A DNA stretch of 32,000 nt from Candidatus Velamenicoccus archaeovorus. Its GTDB lineage: Bacteria; Omnitrophota; Gorgyraeia; Velamenicoccales; Velamenicoccaceae. A program made the position numbers and the translations under genes. Positions 1-8,900 of the stretch are shown here, piece after piece (the first letter of the stretch is position 1; each line of letters begins with the position of its first letter). The notes under the pieces are model-generated. The model was not told the origin of the DNA and made no database searches. It saw nothing but the letters and a program-made list of their open reading frames with translations. The stretch covers positions 810,001-842,000 of the forward strand of contig NZ_CP019384.1 in NCBI RefSeq assembly GCF_004102945.1, in the 5' to 3' direction.

Positions 1-190
1 CCGCCAGGAGCACTCCGGGGACAGCGGCAAGAGTTCGAAGGACCTGTTTTGTTTTTGTCGGCAGGACGGCCTGCGGGGGTGTCGGCGCGATTGGGCTTAA
101 TGTCCCGTCATAATCCAGGCAGATGAGAAGCGGATGCTGCCGGATGCGCTGCCGGATGCGGTCCCAATCACGAAAGAGGCTCTTCATCAT
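1..190 (-). CDS. otsB: trehalose-6-phosphate phosphatase (HAD-IIB), N-terminal part; gene runs off the left edge
   Basis: Not in the ORF track (edge-truncated). Minus-strand translation from ATG 190..188: MMKSLFRDWDRIRQRIRQHPLLICLDYDGTLSPIAPTPPQAVLPTKTKQVLRTLAAVPGVLLA. It contains HAD motif I (DYDGTL) in the LDYDGTLxPI context typical of OtsB. Starts 10 nt after the otsA stop. Confidence 0.7.
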   Translation of the reverse strand, partial: MMKSLFRDWDRIRQRIRQHPLLICLDYDGTLSPIAPTPPQAVLPTKTKQVLRTLAAVPGVLLA

Positions 191-200
191 AGCAGCTGTT

Positions 201-1679
201 TTATTCCTTGAATTCAAATTTCAACAATTCGGAGATGATCTTTCCTGCCCAGCGGAAGATGTTGTTGTTTTGTACGATCTCCCGCATTTTTACCATGCGT
301 TTCTGTTCTTCGTCTTCCGGAAGATTCAAAGCCACATAGATGCCTTCCGAAATGTTTTCCCGGTCGTAGGGATTGACGAGGATGGCGTCTGTCAGCTCGC
401 GCGAGGCGCCGGTAAACTCGCTTAAAACGAGAGCGCCTTTGTTGTCGATGCGACTGGAAACAAATTCCTTGGCGACAAGATTCATTCCGTCGTGGAGGGA
501 ACTCACCAGGCAGACGCGGGCATGGCGATGCAGGGCCAGAAGCTCCTGGAAATTTAAGTGGCGGCGCACAAGGATGATGGGTCTCCAGTTATCCGTTGAA
601 TGTTTCCAGTTGATCTGTTCGACGAGGGCGTTGATTTCGTCGTTCAAGGCTTTATATCTGGGGATATGGAGACGGCTGATCTCGCCGACCTGGAAGAGCG
701 TGATTTTTTCTTTGAGGTCCGGCACTTTTTCCAGGAGGCGGTCAACGGCCAGCATCCTTTCGGGGATACCTTTTGTGTAATCAATGCGGTCGATGCCCAA
801 CAGCACCGTCTGGTTTTCCAGGTGGAACTCCTCGACCAGGGCTTCTTGTATTTTTTGGACGCTTTCGGATGCCGCAGCGGAACTAATACCTTCAAAATCG
901 ACGCTGATGGGATAGGGGCGGATAAGCGTTTCGTGCCCCCCCTTGATAACGGAGAAGCGCTCCCTGTCGATTTTGCTTTCTAATTCCCTGTCGACGGCTG
1001 TCAGGAAATTATCGCAATGGTAACGGATGTGGAAACCAAGCAGGTCATTGGCGAGGAGCCCTTCAAGGATCTCCTTTCTCTGGGGACAGATGCGAAAGAC
1101 TTCGTGTGACGGCCACGGGATATGCCAGAAGTGCGCAATGATGAGCTGGCTGCCTGCTTTTTCTTTGAGATAACGGGGCAGAAGACAAAGATGGTAATCT
1201 TGGATCCAGATGAAGGCCTTTTTATCCCCTATTTCGTTTAAGATCGCATCTGCGAATTTTTGGTTAACCCCTTCGTAATGTTTCCAGTCCTCTTCGCGGA
1301 ATACCGGCCGTTGGAATGTCAAGTGGCACATGGGCCAGATGGCCTCATTGGAATAGCCGAAATAGTAGCCATTTTCTTCTTCTTTGGTGAGCCAGACGCG
1401 CTTGAGCGTGTAGGATGGGTTGTCGGGAGGGACGCGGAGCTTGCCGTCTTTGTCCGTTACTTTCCTGTCGGCATCTCCGGATCCCTGAGCAACCCATAAG
1501 CCGTTTGAGGCCTGCATGACGGGGTCCAGCGCCGTGATAACACCGCCGGCGCCGCGGATGTATTCAACTTTTCCTTTTTTAAACTGATGAACGTAGGGTT
1601 CCCTGTTGGAGACGACGATAAAAAGATAATCGCCCAACTTTTCGCCGACGAGTTGATGGAGGGTTTCTTTTGTCCACAT
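201..1679 (-). CDS. otsA: alpha,alpha-trehalose-phosphate synthase (GT20)
   Basis: 492-aa ORF. N-terminal LFIVVSNREPY and overall GT20/OtsA-like sequence by eye. Immediately followed by otsB. Confidence 0.9.
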   Translation of the reverse strand: MWTKETLHQLVGEKLGDYLFIVVSNREPYVHQFKKGKVEYIRGAGGVITALDPVMQASNGLWVAQGSGDADRKVTDKDGKLRVPPDNPSYTLKRVWLTKEEENGYYFGYSNEAIWPMCHLTFQRPVFREEDWKHYEGVNQKFADAILNEIGDKKAFIWIQDYHLCLLPRYLKEKAGSQLIIAHFWHIPWPSHEVFRICPQRKEILEGLLANDLLGFHIRYHCDNFLTAVDRELESKIDRERFSVIKGGHETLIRPYPISVDFEGISSAAASESVQKIQEALVEEFHLENQTVLLGIDRIDYTKGIPERMLAVDRLLEKVPDLKEKITLFQVGEISRLHIPRYKALNDEINALVEQINWKHSTDNWRPIILVRRHLNFQELLALHRHARVCLVSSLHDGMNLVAKEFVSSRIDNKGALVLSEFTGASRELTDAILVNPYDRENISEGIYVALNLPEDEEQKRMVKMREIVQNNNIFRWAGKIISELLKFEFKE

Positions 1680-1682
1680 AGT

Positions 1683-2741
1683 TTATTTCTGTTTTTGGGC
1701 GTCTTCCTGCCTGTAGTTGATCGCCCGGATGGGATACGGGATATTGATATTTTCTTTTGCGTAGCGTTTATGGAGACGTTTGATGAATTCGTGTTTGACG
1801 AGATACTGGTCTGTGAATTCTTTTGCCCTCAAGATGACAGAGAAGTTGATGCTGGAATCGGCGAACGTATGGAAACGGATGAACGGTTCGAATCCGGGCA
1901 CCCCGCCGGGGACTTCTTTCATGACCTCTTTGGCGGCCTCGCAGGTGACGCGCTCGACCTTGTCGAGATCGCTGTCATAATGCACGCCGACCTCGACGAG
2001 GACGGACATCTCCCTGTCCGGCAGATAATAATTGATGATGACGGCCTGTGTGAGCTTGGCGTTCGGCACCAGGACGACATTGTTGGGAAGCATGCGGATT
2101 TTCGTCGTGCGCCAGTTGATGTCGGTGACGTATCCCTCCTCTCCTGTCTCCAGCTTGACGTAGTCCCCGACGCGCACCTGCCGGGCGATCGTCGTATGAA
2201 ATCCAGCAAAGAGATTGGACAGCGTATCCTGGAGGGCCAAGGCAACGGCCAGCCCTCCCACACCCAGGGTTGCCAGGATCGGTGTGATGGAGATGCCCAG
2301 GCTGTTCATGATGATCATGACGCCGATACCGAAGATGATGATCCTGCCGATATTCTGTGTCAGCGAGGTGACCGGCATGACGCCCTCGATCTTAGAGGCA
2401 TAGAGGTTGATGAGTTTTCCGACGATCGTGGCTATCGCCAATGTCGCCGAAAAGATGCCGAGGACTACGAGGATTTTTCCCGTAGCCTGCACCCAGTTTT
2501 CGGGGAGGCTGGTGACGCCGAGGGCCAGATAGAGCCCCAGCATAACGAACCAGATCATGATGGGTTGGCGGATGCTCTCAATGATGATGTCGTCGATCTG
2601 GTGTTTGGTGGCAAGGGCCCATTGGTTAAGACGGGCAAAGATGACCTTTTTGACGATCGCGCCGGCGAAGATGGTGACGAGGAACACCGATACTGGAAGC
2701 GCGGCGGTCTGAAACCAGAGGAAGAGCGGATGTGTCGTCAT
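1683..2741 (-). CDS. small-conductance mechanosensitive channel, MscS family
   Basis: 352-aa ORF. N-terminal TM helices followed by the MscS beta-domain pattern VGDYVKLETGEEGYVTDINWRTTKIRMLPNNVVLVPNAKL. Stop is 3 nt before the otsA start, giving an osmoprotection operon mscS-otsA-otsB. Confidence 0.85.
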   Translation of the reverse strand: MTTHPLFLWFQTAALPVSVFLVTIFAGAIVKKVIFARLNQWALATKHQIDDIIIESIRQPIMIWFVMLGLYLALGVTSLPENWVQATGKILVVLGIFSATLAIATIVGKLINLYASKIEGVMPVTSLTQNIGRIIIFGIGVMIIMNSLGISITPILATLGVGGLAVALALQDTLSNLFAGFHTTIARQVRVGDYVKLETGEEGYVTDINWRTTKIRMLPNNVVLVPNAKLTQAVIINYYLPDREMSVLVEVGVHYDSDLDKVERVTCEAAKEVMKEVPGGVPGFEPFIRFHTFADSSINFSVILRAKEFTDQYLVKHEFIKRLHKRYAKENINIPYPIRAINYRQEDAQKQK

Positions 2742-2838
2742 GTTTTAGTTTGGCTTGATTGAGTTAATAAACGCTGGGTTGAACAGGAAAAATCGGAATG
2801 ATAAAACGACTTCGAGATAAATAAGGGCCGTTAGGTTG

Positions 2839-2866
2839 ATTATATCGCCACATAAATGTTTGTAAA
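2839..2866 (-). promoter_or_regulatory. sigma70-type promoter for mscS-otsAB
   Basis: Minus strand reads TTTACA-16 nt-TATAAT (tttacaaacatttatgtggcgatataat). It lies in the 153-nt gap upstream of the mscS ATG at 2741. Confidence 0.5.
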
Positions 2867-2894
2867 GAGACGATTTGTGTTTTTTCGGATTTTT

Positions 2895-3647
2895 TCAGAT
2901 AGGACCACAGGCGCGGTGGTTTCTCAGCCATTTATTCTTGGTCCAGTAGTCGCCGATAAAGTTTCCGACGGTATCCCAGAAGGCGCGGCTGTGATTTTTG
3001 TGCGTCAGATGGGCCAGTTCATGGACGACGATATAATCGATGATGTCCTGAGGCAAGAAGGCGATGCGCCATGAAAAGCTCAGGGTGTCCCTGGAGGAAC
3101 AGGATCCCCATCGGCTTCGGGCTGAGGATATCCTGATGTTTTCGGGGACGACGCGCATCATGGCGCTGTAATGTTTTATGGCCGGCATCAGGAGGTTCGA
3201 GGCTGCTTTCTTGTACCAGCATAAAAATAGTCTTTCAGCGGTATCCTTGAGGCGCGCCGGCAGAAAGAATTTTTCTCCGGTAAAGACAAGTTGTCCGGCA
3301 CCGTCCTTCTCTTGTTGCGGAAGGTCCAGACACAGCGGGAAGAGCCTGCCAAGGTAAAGGATGGGTTTTCCTTCAAAGAAGCCTTTGGCCTCCTGTGTCT
3401 GTGAGGCCAGACGGAAAGCCGTGAGCTTTTTCTCCAGCCATTTCGTTTTTGAGCGGATGAAGCCTATGGCATGCCTGATGTCCATGCGCGCCGGGAAACG
3501 CAGGGCGACTCGTCCGTTATCGTGAATACGCAGGGATATCGTTTTGTGCCGGCCGCGGCTGGGAATCAAGGTGATTTCCGGCAAGCCTTCCAGGTTCAGC
3601 GTTGCGGGTTTCATGGTCTTCGTCGCCTGGGGGACGATGGAATGCAT
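2895..3647 (-). CDS. YgjP/DUF45-type (M48-like) zinc metallohydrolase
   Basis: 250-aa ORF. C-terminal motif HELAHLTHKNHSRAFW (HExxH followed by H..FW) is typical of DUF45/YgjP proteins. The start could also be the ATG at 3614. Confidence 0.8.
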   Translation of the reverse strand: MHSIVPQATKTMKPATLNLEGLPEITLIPSRGRHKTISLRIHDNGRVALRFPARMDIRHAIGFIRSKTKWLEKKLTAFRLASQTQEAKGFFEGKPILYLGRLFPLCLDLPQQEKDGAGQLVFTGEKFFLPARLKDTAERLFLCWYKKAASNLLMPAIKHYSAMMRVVPENIRISSARSRWGSCSSRDTLSFSWRIAFLPQDIIDYIVVHELAHLTHKNHSRAFWDTVGNFIGDYWTKNKWLRNHRACGPI

Positions 3648-3660
3648 CGGCGTCGAAAGT

Positions 3661-4512
3661 TCACGCCGCCAGCTCGTCTACGATTCCGGCGACGATGAAA
3701 TCGTTGTCCGTCAGCCCGCCGGAGGCGTGCGTGGTCAATGCGACCTTAAGCGTGTGATAGGTCCACGTCAATGTGGGATGGTGTCCCTCTTCTTCGCATG
3801 CCATCGCAATTTGGTCGACAAGGTCCTTGATCCCCATGAATGTTTTTCTTTTGAATATTTTTTCGATTCTTTTGGCGTCCGGAGATGCCCATCCCTGCTG
3901 TTTTGCCAGCCGTTGTCTCACTTCATCTTCTTTCAGCGGAGGCGTTCCTGCCTGACAGGGGACGCAATGAGGGGTTCTCTGCGTTGCGGCCGCGGGGACG
4001 GGGTGTTTCAGGATATCATCCAGCCTTTGGAGCGCGGCAACGTAGTCCGGAGGTTGCGTCGCCTCCGCGACGATCTGTGAGTAGCGCAGGATGTTATCTT
4101 TGTCGATGATCATGACGGCGCGCGCAAGTAAATTGAGTTCTTTGATGAGGAGGCCGTAGTGGAAGCCGAAGGAGCCGTAACGGTAATCGGACAGGACCTC
4201 TATTTGCGAGATTTCATGGGCCTGACAGAACCTTTTCTGGGCAAAGGGAAGGTCGTTGCTGATGGCTATGATGACGACATCTTCGGATAATTGCGATGCC
4301 TTCTTGTTGAATTCCTTGACCTGCATTTCGCAAACAGGCGTATCCAACGACAGAAAGGTCGTCAGGATTTTCGTTTTGTTCCCATATCTGGAAATATCGA
4401 CGTCTTCCAGGTTTTGATTTGTCAACTTGAAATCCGGGGCGGGTGAGCCTTCGCCGGGTATCCTGCCCTGCAAGAGCAATGGTTTTCCTTTGAACGTGAT
4501 CGTCTTTTTCAT
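3661..4512 (-). CDS. tpx: fusion protein: thiol peroxidase (Tpx) + pterin-4a-carbinolamine dehydratase (PCD/DCoH) domain
   Basis: ATG at 4512 ([12 protein letters not shown]...) is preferred over the ORF-track start at 4563. It has an upstream GGGGA and an ATGA overlap with the pncB stop. Residues 1-168 are Tpx (PAPDFKL, peroxidatic Cys in [21 protein letters not shown]). Residues 182-283 are PCD (CVPC...GW...[31 protein letters not shown]). Confidence 0.8.
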   Translation of the reverse strand: MKKTITFKGKPLLLQGRIPGEGSPAPDFKLTNQNLEDVDISRYGNKTKILTTFLSLDTPVCEMQVKEFNKKASQLSEDVVIIAISNDLPFAQKRFCQAHEISQIEVLSDYRYGSFGFHYGLLIKELNLLARAVMIIDKDNILRYSQIVAEATQPPDYVAALQRLDDILKHPVPAAATQRTPHCVPCQAGTPPLKEDEVRQRLAKQQGWASPDAKRIEKIFKRKTFMGIKDLVDQIAMACEEEGHHPTLTWTYHTLKVALTTHASGGLTDNDFIVAGIVDELAA

Positions 4513-6128
4513 TGTGTCCCCTTTCTTGACGCTAACGAACGGCCTTTCCAGAGATCCGGACACCGTTTTTTTTCTTTCAGGGTTTTCGTTTTCTGCTGAT
4601 GGACAAGCTGTTGTTTGAGGTCCCAGAGTTTTTTGCTCAACGACACATGATATCGGTGAGGATTGATGAGACGTCTGACGCCTGGGTCGAGTCTGTCGAT
4701 GTCGTTCTGACGGAGCCGGCGCATCTCTTCAAGGGTCGCTTGGCGGCGGATCCGCCGGCCGTTCTTCAGGATACCGGTCAATAGAGGTTCTATCTTGGAG
4801 ATGTTGCAGGCGCGGATTGTTTCCTGGATCTGTTCTTCTGTCGGGTGGTGCAGCAAAAGGGTATCTTCTTTGCGCGGATTTTCGTCTTGAAGGGCCACGC
4901 AGTCCGCGAAAGCCTTGCCTCTTGCGTCATAGATGCGCCAGACGGATTTGCCTCCGGGATTGATGATTTTTTCCGGCGTTTCCGAAAGCTTGATGGCGGC
5001 CTTCCAGCGCCTGCCGTCTTTGATCGCCGCCAGTTTATAGACGCCGTCGAGGGCCGGGTCTCCATACGATGTGACAAGCCGCGTACCTACTCCGTAGTTC
5101 AGGCGTGCGATGAGACGTTCCGGGTTGACGCCATAGGCACCGGCTTCCTGTCGGATCTGCGCGATGATTTGCCAGACGACCAGCTCATCCAGCTGGTTGG
5201 AAAGGACGATTGTCGTATCCGGAAATCCGGCCTCATCGAGCATCCTGGCGGACCGGATAGCCAGATAAGCCAGGTCTCCCGAATCCAGTCTGACTCCGAC
5301 GGGTTTGTGACCCTTCTTTTTAAGCTCATCGAAGACCTTGATGGCATTTGGTATGCCGCTTTTTAGCGTGTCGATGGTGTCGACCAGCAACAGACAGTCG
5401 TCGGGATAGATGCCTGCGTAAGCGCGAAATGCAGCCAGTTCTCCTCCTCCGCCATCCAGGGCCATAAATGCCTGGACCATGCTGTGGGCGTGGGTTCCTT
5501 TGGGCGGATATCCGAGGAGACAGGACGCCCCGGTGTTCGAGGAAAAATCAGCCCCTCCAATGAGGGCGGCGCGCGTGGCGGCATTGGCCCCTTTTCCTTG
5601 AGCCCTGCGCATGCCGAAGTCTATCATCGTCTGCCGGCATCCGGATTCTTTGATGCGGCAGGCCTTGGTTGCGACCAGTGTCTGGAAATTAATATGGTTT
5701 AAAAGGGATGATTCCAGCATTTGCGCTGCGGCCAGAGGTCCCTTGACGATGACGAGCGGGACGCCTGGATGGATGACTCGGCCTTCGGGGACCGCCGCGA
5801 TCGAGATATCTTCAAAGCCGCTTTTGTTTTTCAACCATGTCAGAAAATCGTCTGCAAAGAGCCGATGTCCCGACTTCCCTTTTTGGGCGCGTAGATATTG
5901 TAATTCTTCTTCGCCAAAGCGGGATTTTTCCATCCATTCCAGGAAGCTTTCGAGGCCCGCATGGATACAGTATCCCGCCCGGTGTTCGCCGTAATCGGGG
6001 TAATGGCGAAAAGAGTAATCGAACTGGGCCGTTTTTTTGTGGAGCCCCGTGCGATAGTAAAGCTGGGCCATGGTGAGTTGGTAAAAATCAGCAAATAAGA
6101 TGCCGTCGGCCACATGTTCTTTCTTCAT
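4509..6128 (-). CDS. pncB: nicotinate phosphoribosyltransferase
   Basis: 539-aa ORF. N-terminal [11 protein letters not shown] and central [14 protein letters not shown] are typical of NAPRTase. It carries a basic C-terminal tail of about 45 aa beyond the usual domain. Its stop overlaps the next start (ATGA). Confidence 0.9.
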   Translation of the reverse strand: MKKEHVADGILFADFYQLTMAQLYYRTGLHKKTAQFDYSFRHYPDYGEHRAGYCIHAGLESFLEWMEKSRFGEEELQYLRAQKGKSGHRLFADDFLTWLKNKSGFEDISIAAVPEGRVIHPGVPLVIVKGPLAAAQMLESSLLNHINFQTLVATKACRIKESGCRQTMIDFGMRRAQGKGANAATRAALIGGADFSSNTGASCLLGYPPKGTHAHSMVQAFMALDGGGGELAAFRAYAGIYPDDCLLLVDTIDTLKSGIPNAIKVFDELKKKGHKPVGVRLDSGDLAYLAIRSARMLDEAGFPDTTIVLSNQLDELVVWQIIAQIRQEAGAYGVNPERLIARLNYGVGTRLVTSYGDPALDGVYKLAAIKDGRRWKAAIKLSETPEKIINPGGKSVWRIYDARGKAFADCVALQDENPRKEDTLLLHHPTEEQIQETIRACNISKIEPLLTGILKNGRRIRRQATLEEMRRLRQNDIDRLDPGVRRLINPHRYHVSLSKKLWDLKQQLVHQQKTKTLKEKKRCPDLWKGRSLASRKGTQ

Positions 6129-6338
6129 TTTTTGCCTTATGTCTCTTTTGACCGCTTGGATGATTATTTCTGGAGCTGTTGCGCTGTTAGGATGATCGTT
6201 CGCCTGTCGGGATAGGTCCTTCTGACCTTGCTGGAGATTTGTATCTCTTCCAGACTGGGCATTTTTTCATCCAAGAAGACGGCATCGATTTTGGATGAAT
6301 TCCATGGCGTGTCGGCCGTTGGCGGCCTTCCAGGATGA

Positions 6339-7277
6339 TCAGTTGGCAAGATATTCGCGCCAGGTCCTTTCGAGTCCATACAGATCTTGGAAATAGTCGC
6401 CATAGACAGACTGGATGGCTTTGTCTATGGATTTGCCGTCGCGCAATTCGCGGCAAAACCTGGTAAACCGGTCTTGGCCATAGCGCCTTCTCATGAAATC
6501 CACCAGAGATGCGGATTGCAGATAAAAGGTGTTGATGAGTTGTTCCGGTGTCAGGATGAGGATGGCTGGTTCGTTGTCTTTTGTCCGGACTTTTTCCACG
6601 TAGCGGAATTGCCGGATTTTCGGTATCTCGAAATTTGAAATGTCGTCGATCGACAAAATAGCGTCCCGCGCATAAAGTTGCTTGGCGACCACCTGGATGA
6701 TCCGGTTTTTGTTTCCTGATGTCCACCATTGGGCGATGCCTTCGTCCAGCCATAAAGGGATGTCGTTTTCGAAGCCGACAAAATCGCGAAAGATCAGGTG
6801 GGCGATTTCATGCGGCAGGACGTTTTCTGTGAAGCTCTCGCTTCCTACATAGCTGGCAATGCAGCGGTTCTTGTAGTCCGCCAGGCCTTCTGTCCATTCC
6901 GGGCTGCTGGTGTTTCTGAGGTAATCCGGCTTGTCCGGGTAGAGGTAAATCTTGACACGGTTTTCCCATATCCAGAATTTGGAATAACGGGGATAGCCTA
7001 TGTCGTAAGCGATCGATTGGTAATACCGTTCGGCTTTGTCGGCGACCTTTTGTGCGAAACATTCCCCTTCCTGATAGAAGACGACAAAGTGATCGCTTTT
7101 GACCGTATGCCAAACTTGCGCGAGCGCCGGTTTTGCCGGCATGAACATACAAAAGAAGAAAAACGCAAGCCACGCGGTCCTTGGGATGCGGGTTAGGATG
7201 CTTTCGATGGTTTTTGGGGTGTTTTTGAGGGGATAAGAAAGGCATTGGGACATAAAAATATTATAACACGGTGTCAT
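6339..7277 (-). CDS. secreted peptidase MA-like (gluzincin) protein
   Basis: 312-aa ORF. Hydrophobic signal-like stretch AWLAFFFFCMFMPAKPALAQ. HExxH (LPHEIAHLIF) is followed by WLDEGIAQWW, the third-ligand Glu pattern of the Peptidase_MA_2-like family. Confidence 0.6.
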   Translation of the reverse strand: MTPCYNIFMSQCLSYPLKNTPKTIESILTRIPRTAWLAFFFFCMFMPAKPALAQVWHTVKSDHFVVFYQEGECFAQKVADKAERYYQSIAYDIGYPRYSKFWIWENRVKIYLYPDKPDYLRNTSSPEWTEGLADYKNRCIASYVGSESFTENVLPHEIAHLIFRDFVGFENDIPLWLDEGIAQWWTSGNKNRIIQVVAKQLYARDAILSIDDISNFEIPKIRQFRYVEKVRTKDNEPAILILTPEQLINTFYLQSASLVDFMRRRYGQDRFTRFCRELRDGKSIDKAIQSVYGDYFQDLYGLERTWREYLAN

Positions 7278-7292
7278 GTTGGAATCTATGTC

Positions 7293-7760
7293 TCAGGAGG
7301 CCGTTGGGTTTTCGATGAATTCTGCGGCCCTAGTCAGGTCTTCGAATATGTTCAGGATGTCGTTTTTTGAAAGTTTCTCGCTTGGGCCGAATGATCTGGT
7401 AAAAGTCGTGGACAGGGCCGGATAACAAATATGATTTTGGTCTGCAGGGCCTTGCGTCGCCACGCGCAAGGGCTCGATGTGGCAATGGAGGCCGAGTTTA
7501 AAATTCCACCAGGAACGGGCCGCGATCCTGTTGATGCGGCAGATCATCGTACGGTCTTTATAACGGCCTTCGACAATAGCGTAGTCTGTCGGTCTTTCTT
7601 TACCGCTTTCGCCGCGCGTTTTTAGAATGTCCTGGAGCAGGTACGAAGCCTCCCTGATGGCTTTGTAGATGATCATTTCGGCATAGGCTGAGACAGCCCA
7701 GAAGACGATTGAGGCAAAGAACAGGACGCTCAATCCGTAAATAAGGCTGTCGGATGTCAT
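7293..7760 (-). CDS. hypothetical membrane-anchored protein
   Basis: ATG at 7760 (MTSDSLIYGLSVLFFASIVFWAVSAYA...) forms an ATGA overlap with the upstream radical SAM stop. One N-terminal TM helix. No recognisable domain. Confidence 0.5.
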   Translation of the reverse strand: MTSDSLIYGLSVLFFASIVFWAVSAYAEMIIYKAIREASYLLQDILKTRGESGKERPTDYAIVEGRYKDRTMICRINRIAARSWWNFKLGLHCHIEPLRVATQGPADQNHICYPALSTTFTRSFGPSEKLSKNDILNIFEDLTRAAEFIENPTAS

Positions 7761-8809
7761 GGGCGGGCCCATTCTTTACTTCCTAGTTTGTGAACGCAGT
7801 AAAAACAACTGTTGACGTCGACGTGGTTCGGGTCTTGCGTCTTTTGGAGTTCTTTGATACGGTCTTGTTCCAGCCTAGAGAGCCGCTGGGAACAAATCTC
7901 AAGCGCTTGCGCAAACGTCTTGTCTTTCATGGAGCAGACAAGGGTGGACTTGCGGATATTTTCATTATCGAAATTGGCCAATTCACAACATTGCACTATC
8001 TCGCCCCCGGCGTTGACGGTAATCTCGTTGAGGCTGAGCGATGCACACATCCGGATTGGATCCGCTGTACGGATATCTGCGCCTACGCCGATGGGTATGC
8101 CGGTGACCTTCGAGAGAGCGGCCGTGGTCAGAAATAGTTCTTCGCGCCGCTTGGCGTCCAGCACATACTGGTGGTCCTGCGCGCGCGGACAGGGCAAGAT
8201 CGTCGTCAGGACGAGCCGTTGAGCGCCCTTTTTACGGCTAAGAATAGCGATATCAAAGAGTTGTTCGAAGTTTGCCGTGCTGACAGCCGTGAGGATCGTG
8301 AAGGGGATGCCGGTCTTCCGGCAGAGAAAGAATGCCTCCATAAGCTTTTCATAGGAACCGTTTTGACGGACATGGTCGTGTTGGCGGGGATCGCTGCTTT
8401 CGAGGCTGAAGGCGATGGAAGACAAGTTCCTGCGGCAGGTCTTGATGGTATTCAAGTGTTCGGCGAAGAGGGAACCGTTGGAGACGATTGAAAAAGTATT
8501 ATGGTTTGCGCAGATGTATTCCAAAAGTTCCGGCAGGCGCGGATACAAGAACGGTTCGCCCCCCGTGATCGCCACATGCCGGAAGCCGAAACGGCAGGAT
8601 TCCTCGATGATCCCTTTGGCTAGTTCGAGGTCCAGGTCGTCTTTTTTGTCCGGGCCCCTGAGGCAATGGCGGCAGGAGAAATTGCAGCGGTCCGTGAGGA
8701 TAAAAACAAGATTTTTTTTCGTCCCGACAGTATTTTTATAAGTTTGCGTTGTCTGCCGCTTGAGTTCAACGGCCCGGCATCGGTCCCATAGGGTTTTGGA
8801 TATGCCCAT
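7757..8809 (-). CDS. radical SAM enzyme with C-terminal Cys-rich (SPASM/twitch-like) extension
   Basis: 350-aa ORF. CNFSCRHC is the CxxxCxxC motif and GGEPFL is the SAM-binding motif. C-terminal cysteines occur at MCASL, VQCCELANF, LVCSM and SCFYCVHK. Confidence 0.85.
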   Translation of the reverse strand: MGISKTLWDRCRAVELKRQTTQTYKNTVGTKKNLVFILTDRCNFSCRHCLRGPDKKDDLDLELAKGIIEESCRFGFRHVAITGGEPFLYPRLPELLEYICANHNTFSIVSNGSLFAEHLNTIKTCRRNLSSIAFSLESSDPRQHDHVRQNGSYEKLMEAFFLCRKTGIPFTILTAVSTANFEQLFDIAILSRKKGAQRLVLTTILPCPRAQDHQYVLDAKRREELFLTTAALSKVTGIPIGVGADIRTADPIRMCASLSLNEITVNAGGEIVQCCELANFDNENIRKSTLVCSMKDKTFAQALEICSQRLSRLEQDRIKELQKTQDPNHVDVNSCFYCVHKLGSKEWARP

Positions 8810-8823
8810 GCTGTTGAGATGGA

Positions 8824-8857
8824 TCTCCCCCGGGGAAGATCTCTTCCCCGGGGGAGA
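8824..8857. repeat. perfect 16-bp inverted repeat (hairpin/cruciform) between the OmpA-like gene and the radical SAM gene
   Basis: tCTCCCCCGGGGAAGA tc TCTTCCCCGGGGGAGa. The arms are exactly complementary. No adjacent T-run on either strand, so it is not a canonical intrinsic terminator. Confidence 0.6.
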
Positions 8858-8900
8858 CCTCGTGTTTTACCCCGCTAGAGAACGAAGCTCTCTAACGGGT

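Noticed and set aside
125-165. Tandem GCCGGATGCG-like repeats (cggatgctgccggatgcgctgccggatgcgg)
   Set aside because: They lie inside the otsB coding frame and simply encode the repeated peptide RIRQRIRQH. The resemblance to E. coli REP sequences is superficial.
1587-2762. Long + strand ORFs antisense to well-supported minus-strand genes (1587..2762, 8760..9650, 12398..13141, 15205..15930, 18521..19492 and many shorter ones)
   Set aside because: Each lies entirely opposite a gene with clear family motifs. Their translations are low-complexity (D/G/R/F-rich) with no motifs, RBS or promoter. These are typical shadow ORFs.
6164-6753. Minus-strand ORFs 6164..6403 and 6187..6753 in or overlapping the pncB upstream gap
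   Set aside because: They are out of frame with, and largely inside, the MA-peptidase gene. Their composition is Arg/Pro-rich, typical of off-frame translation of a real gene.
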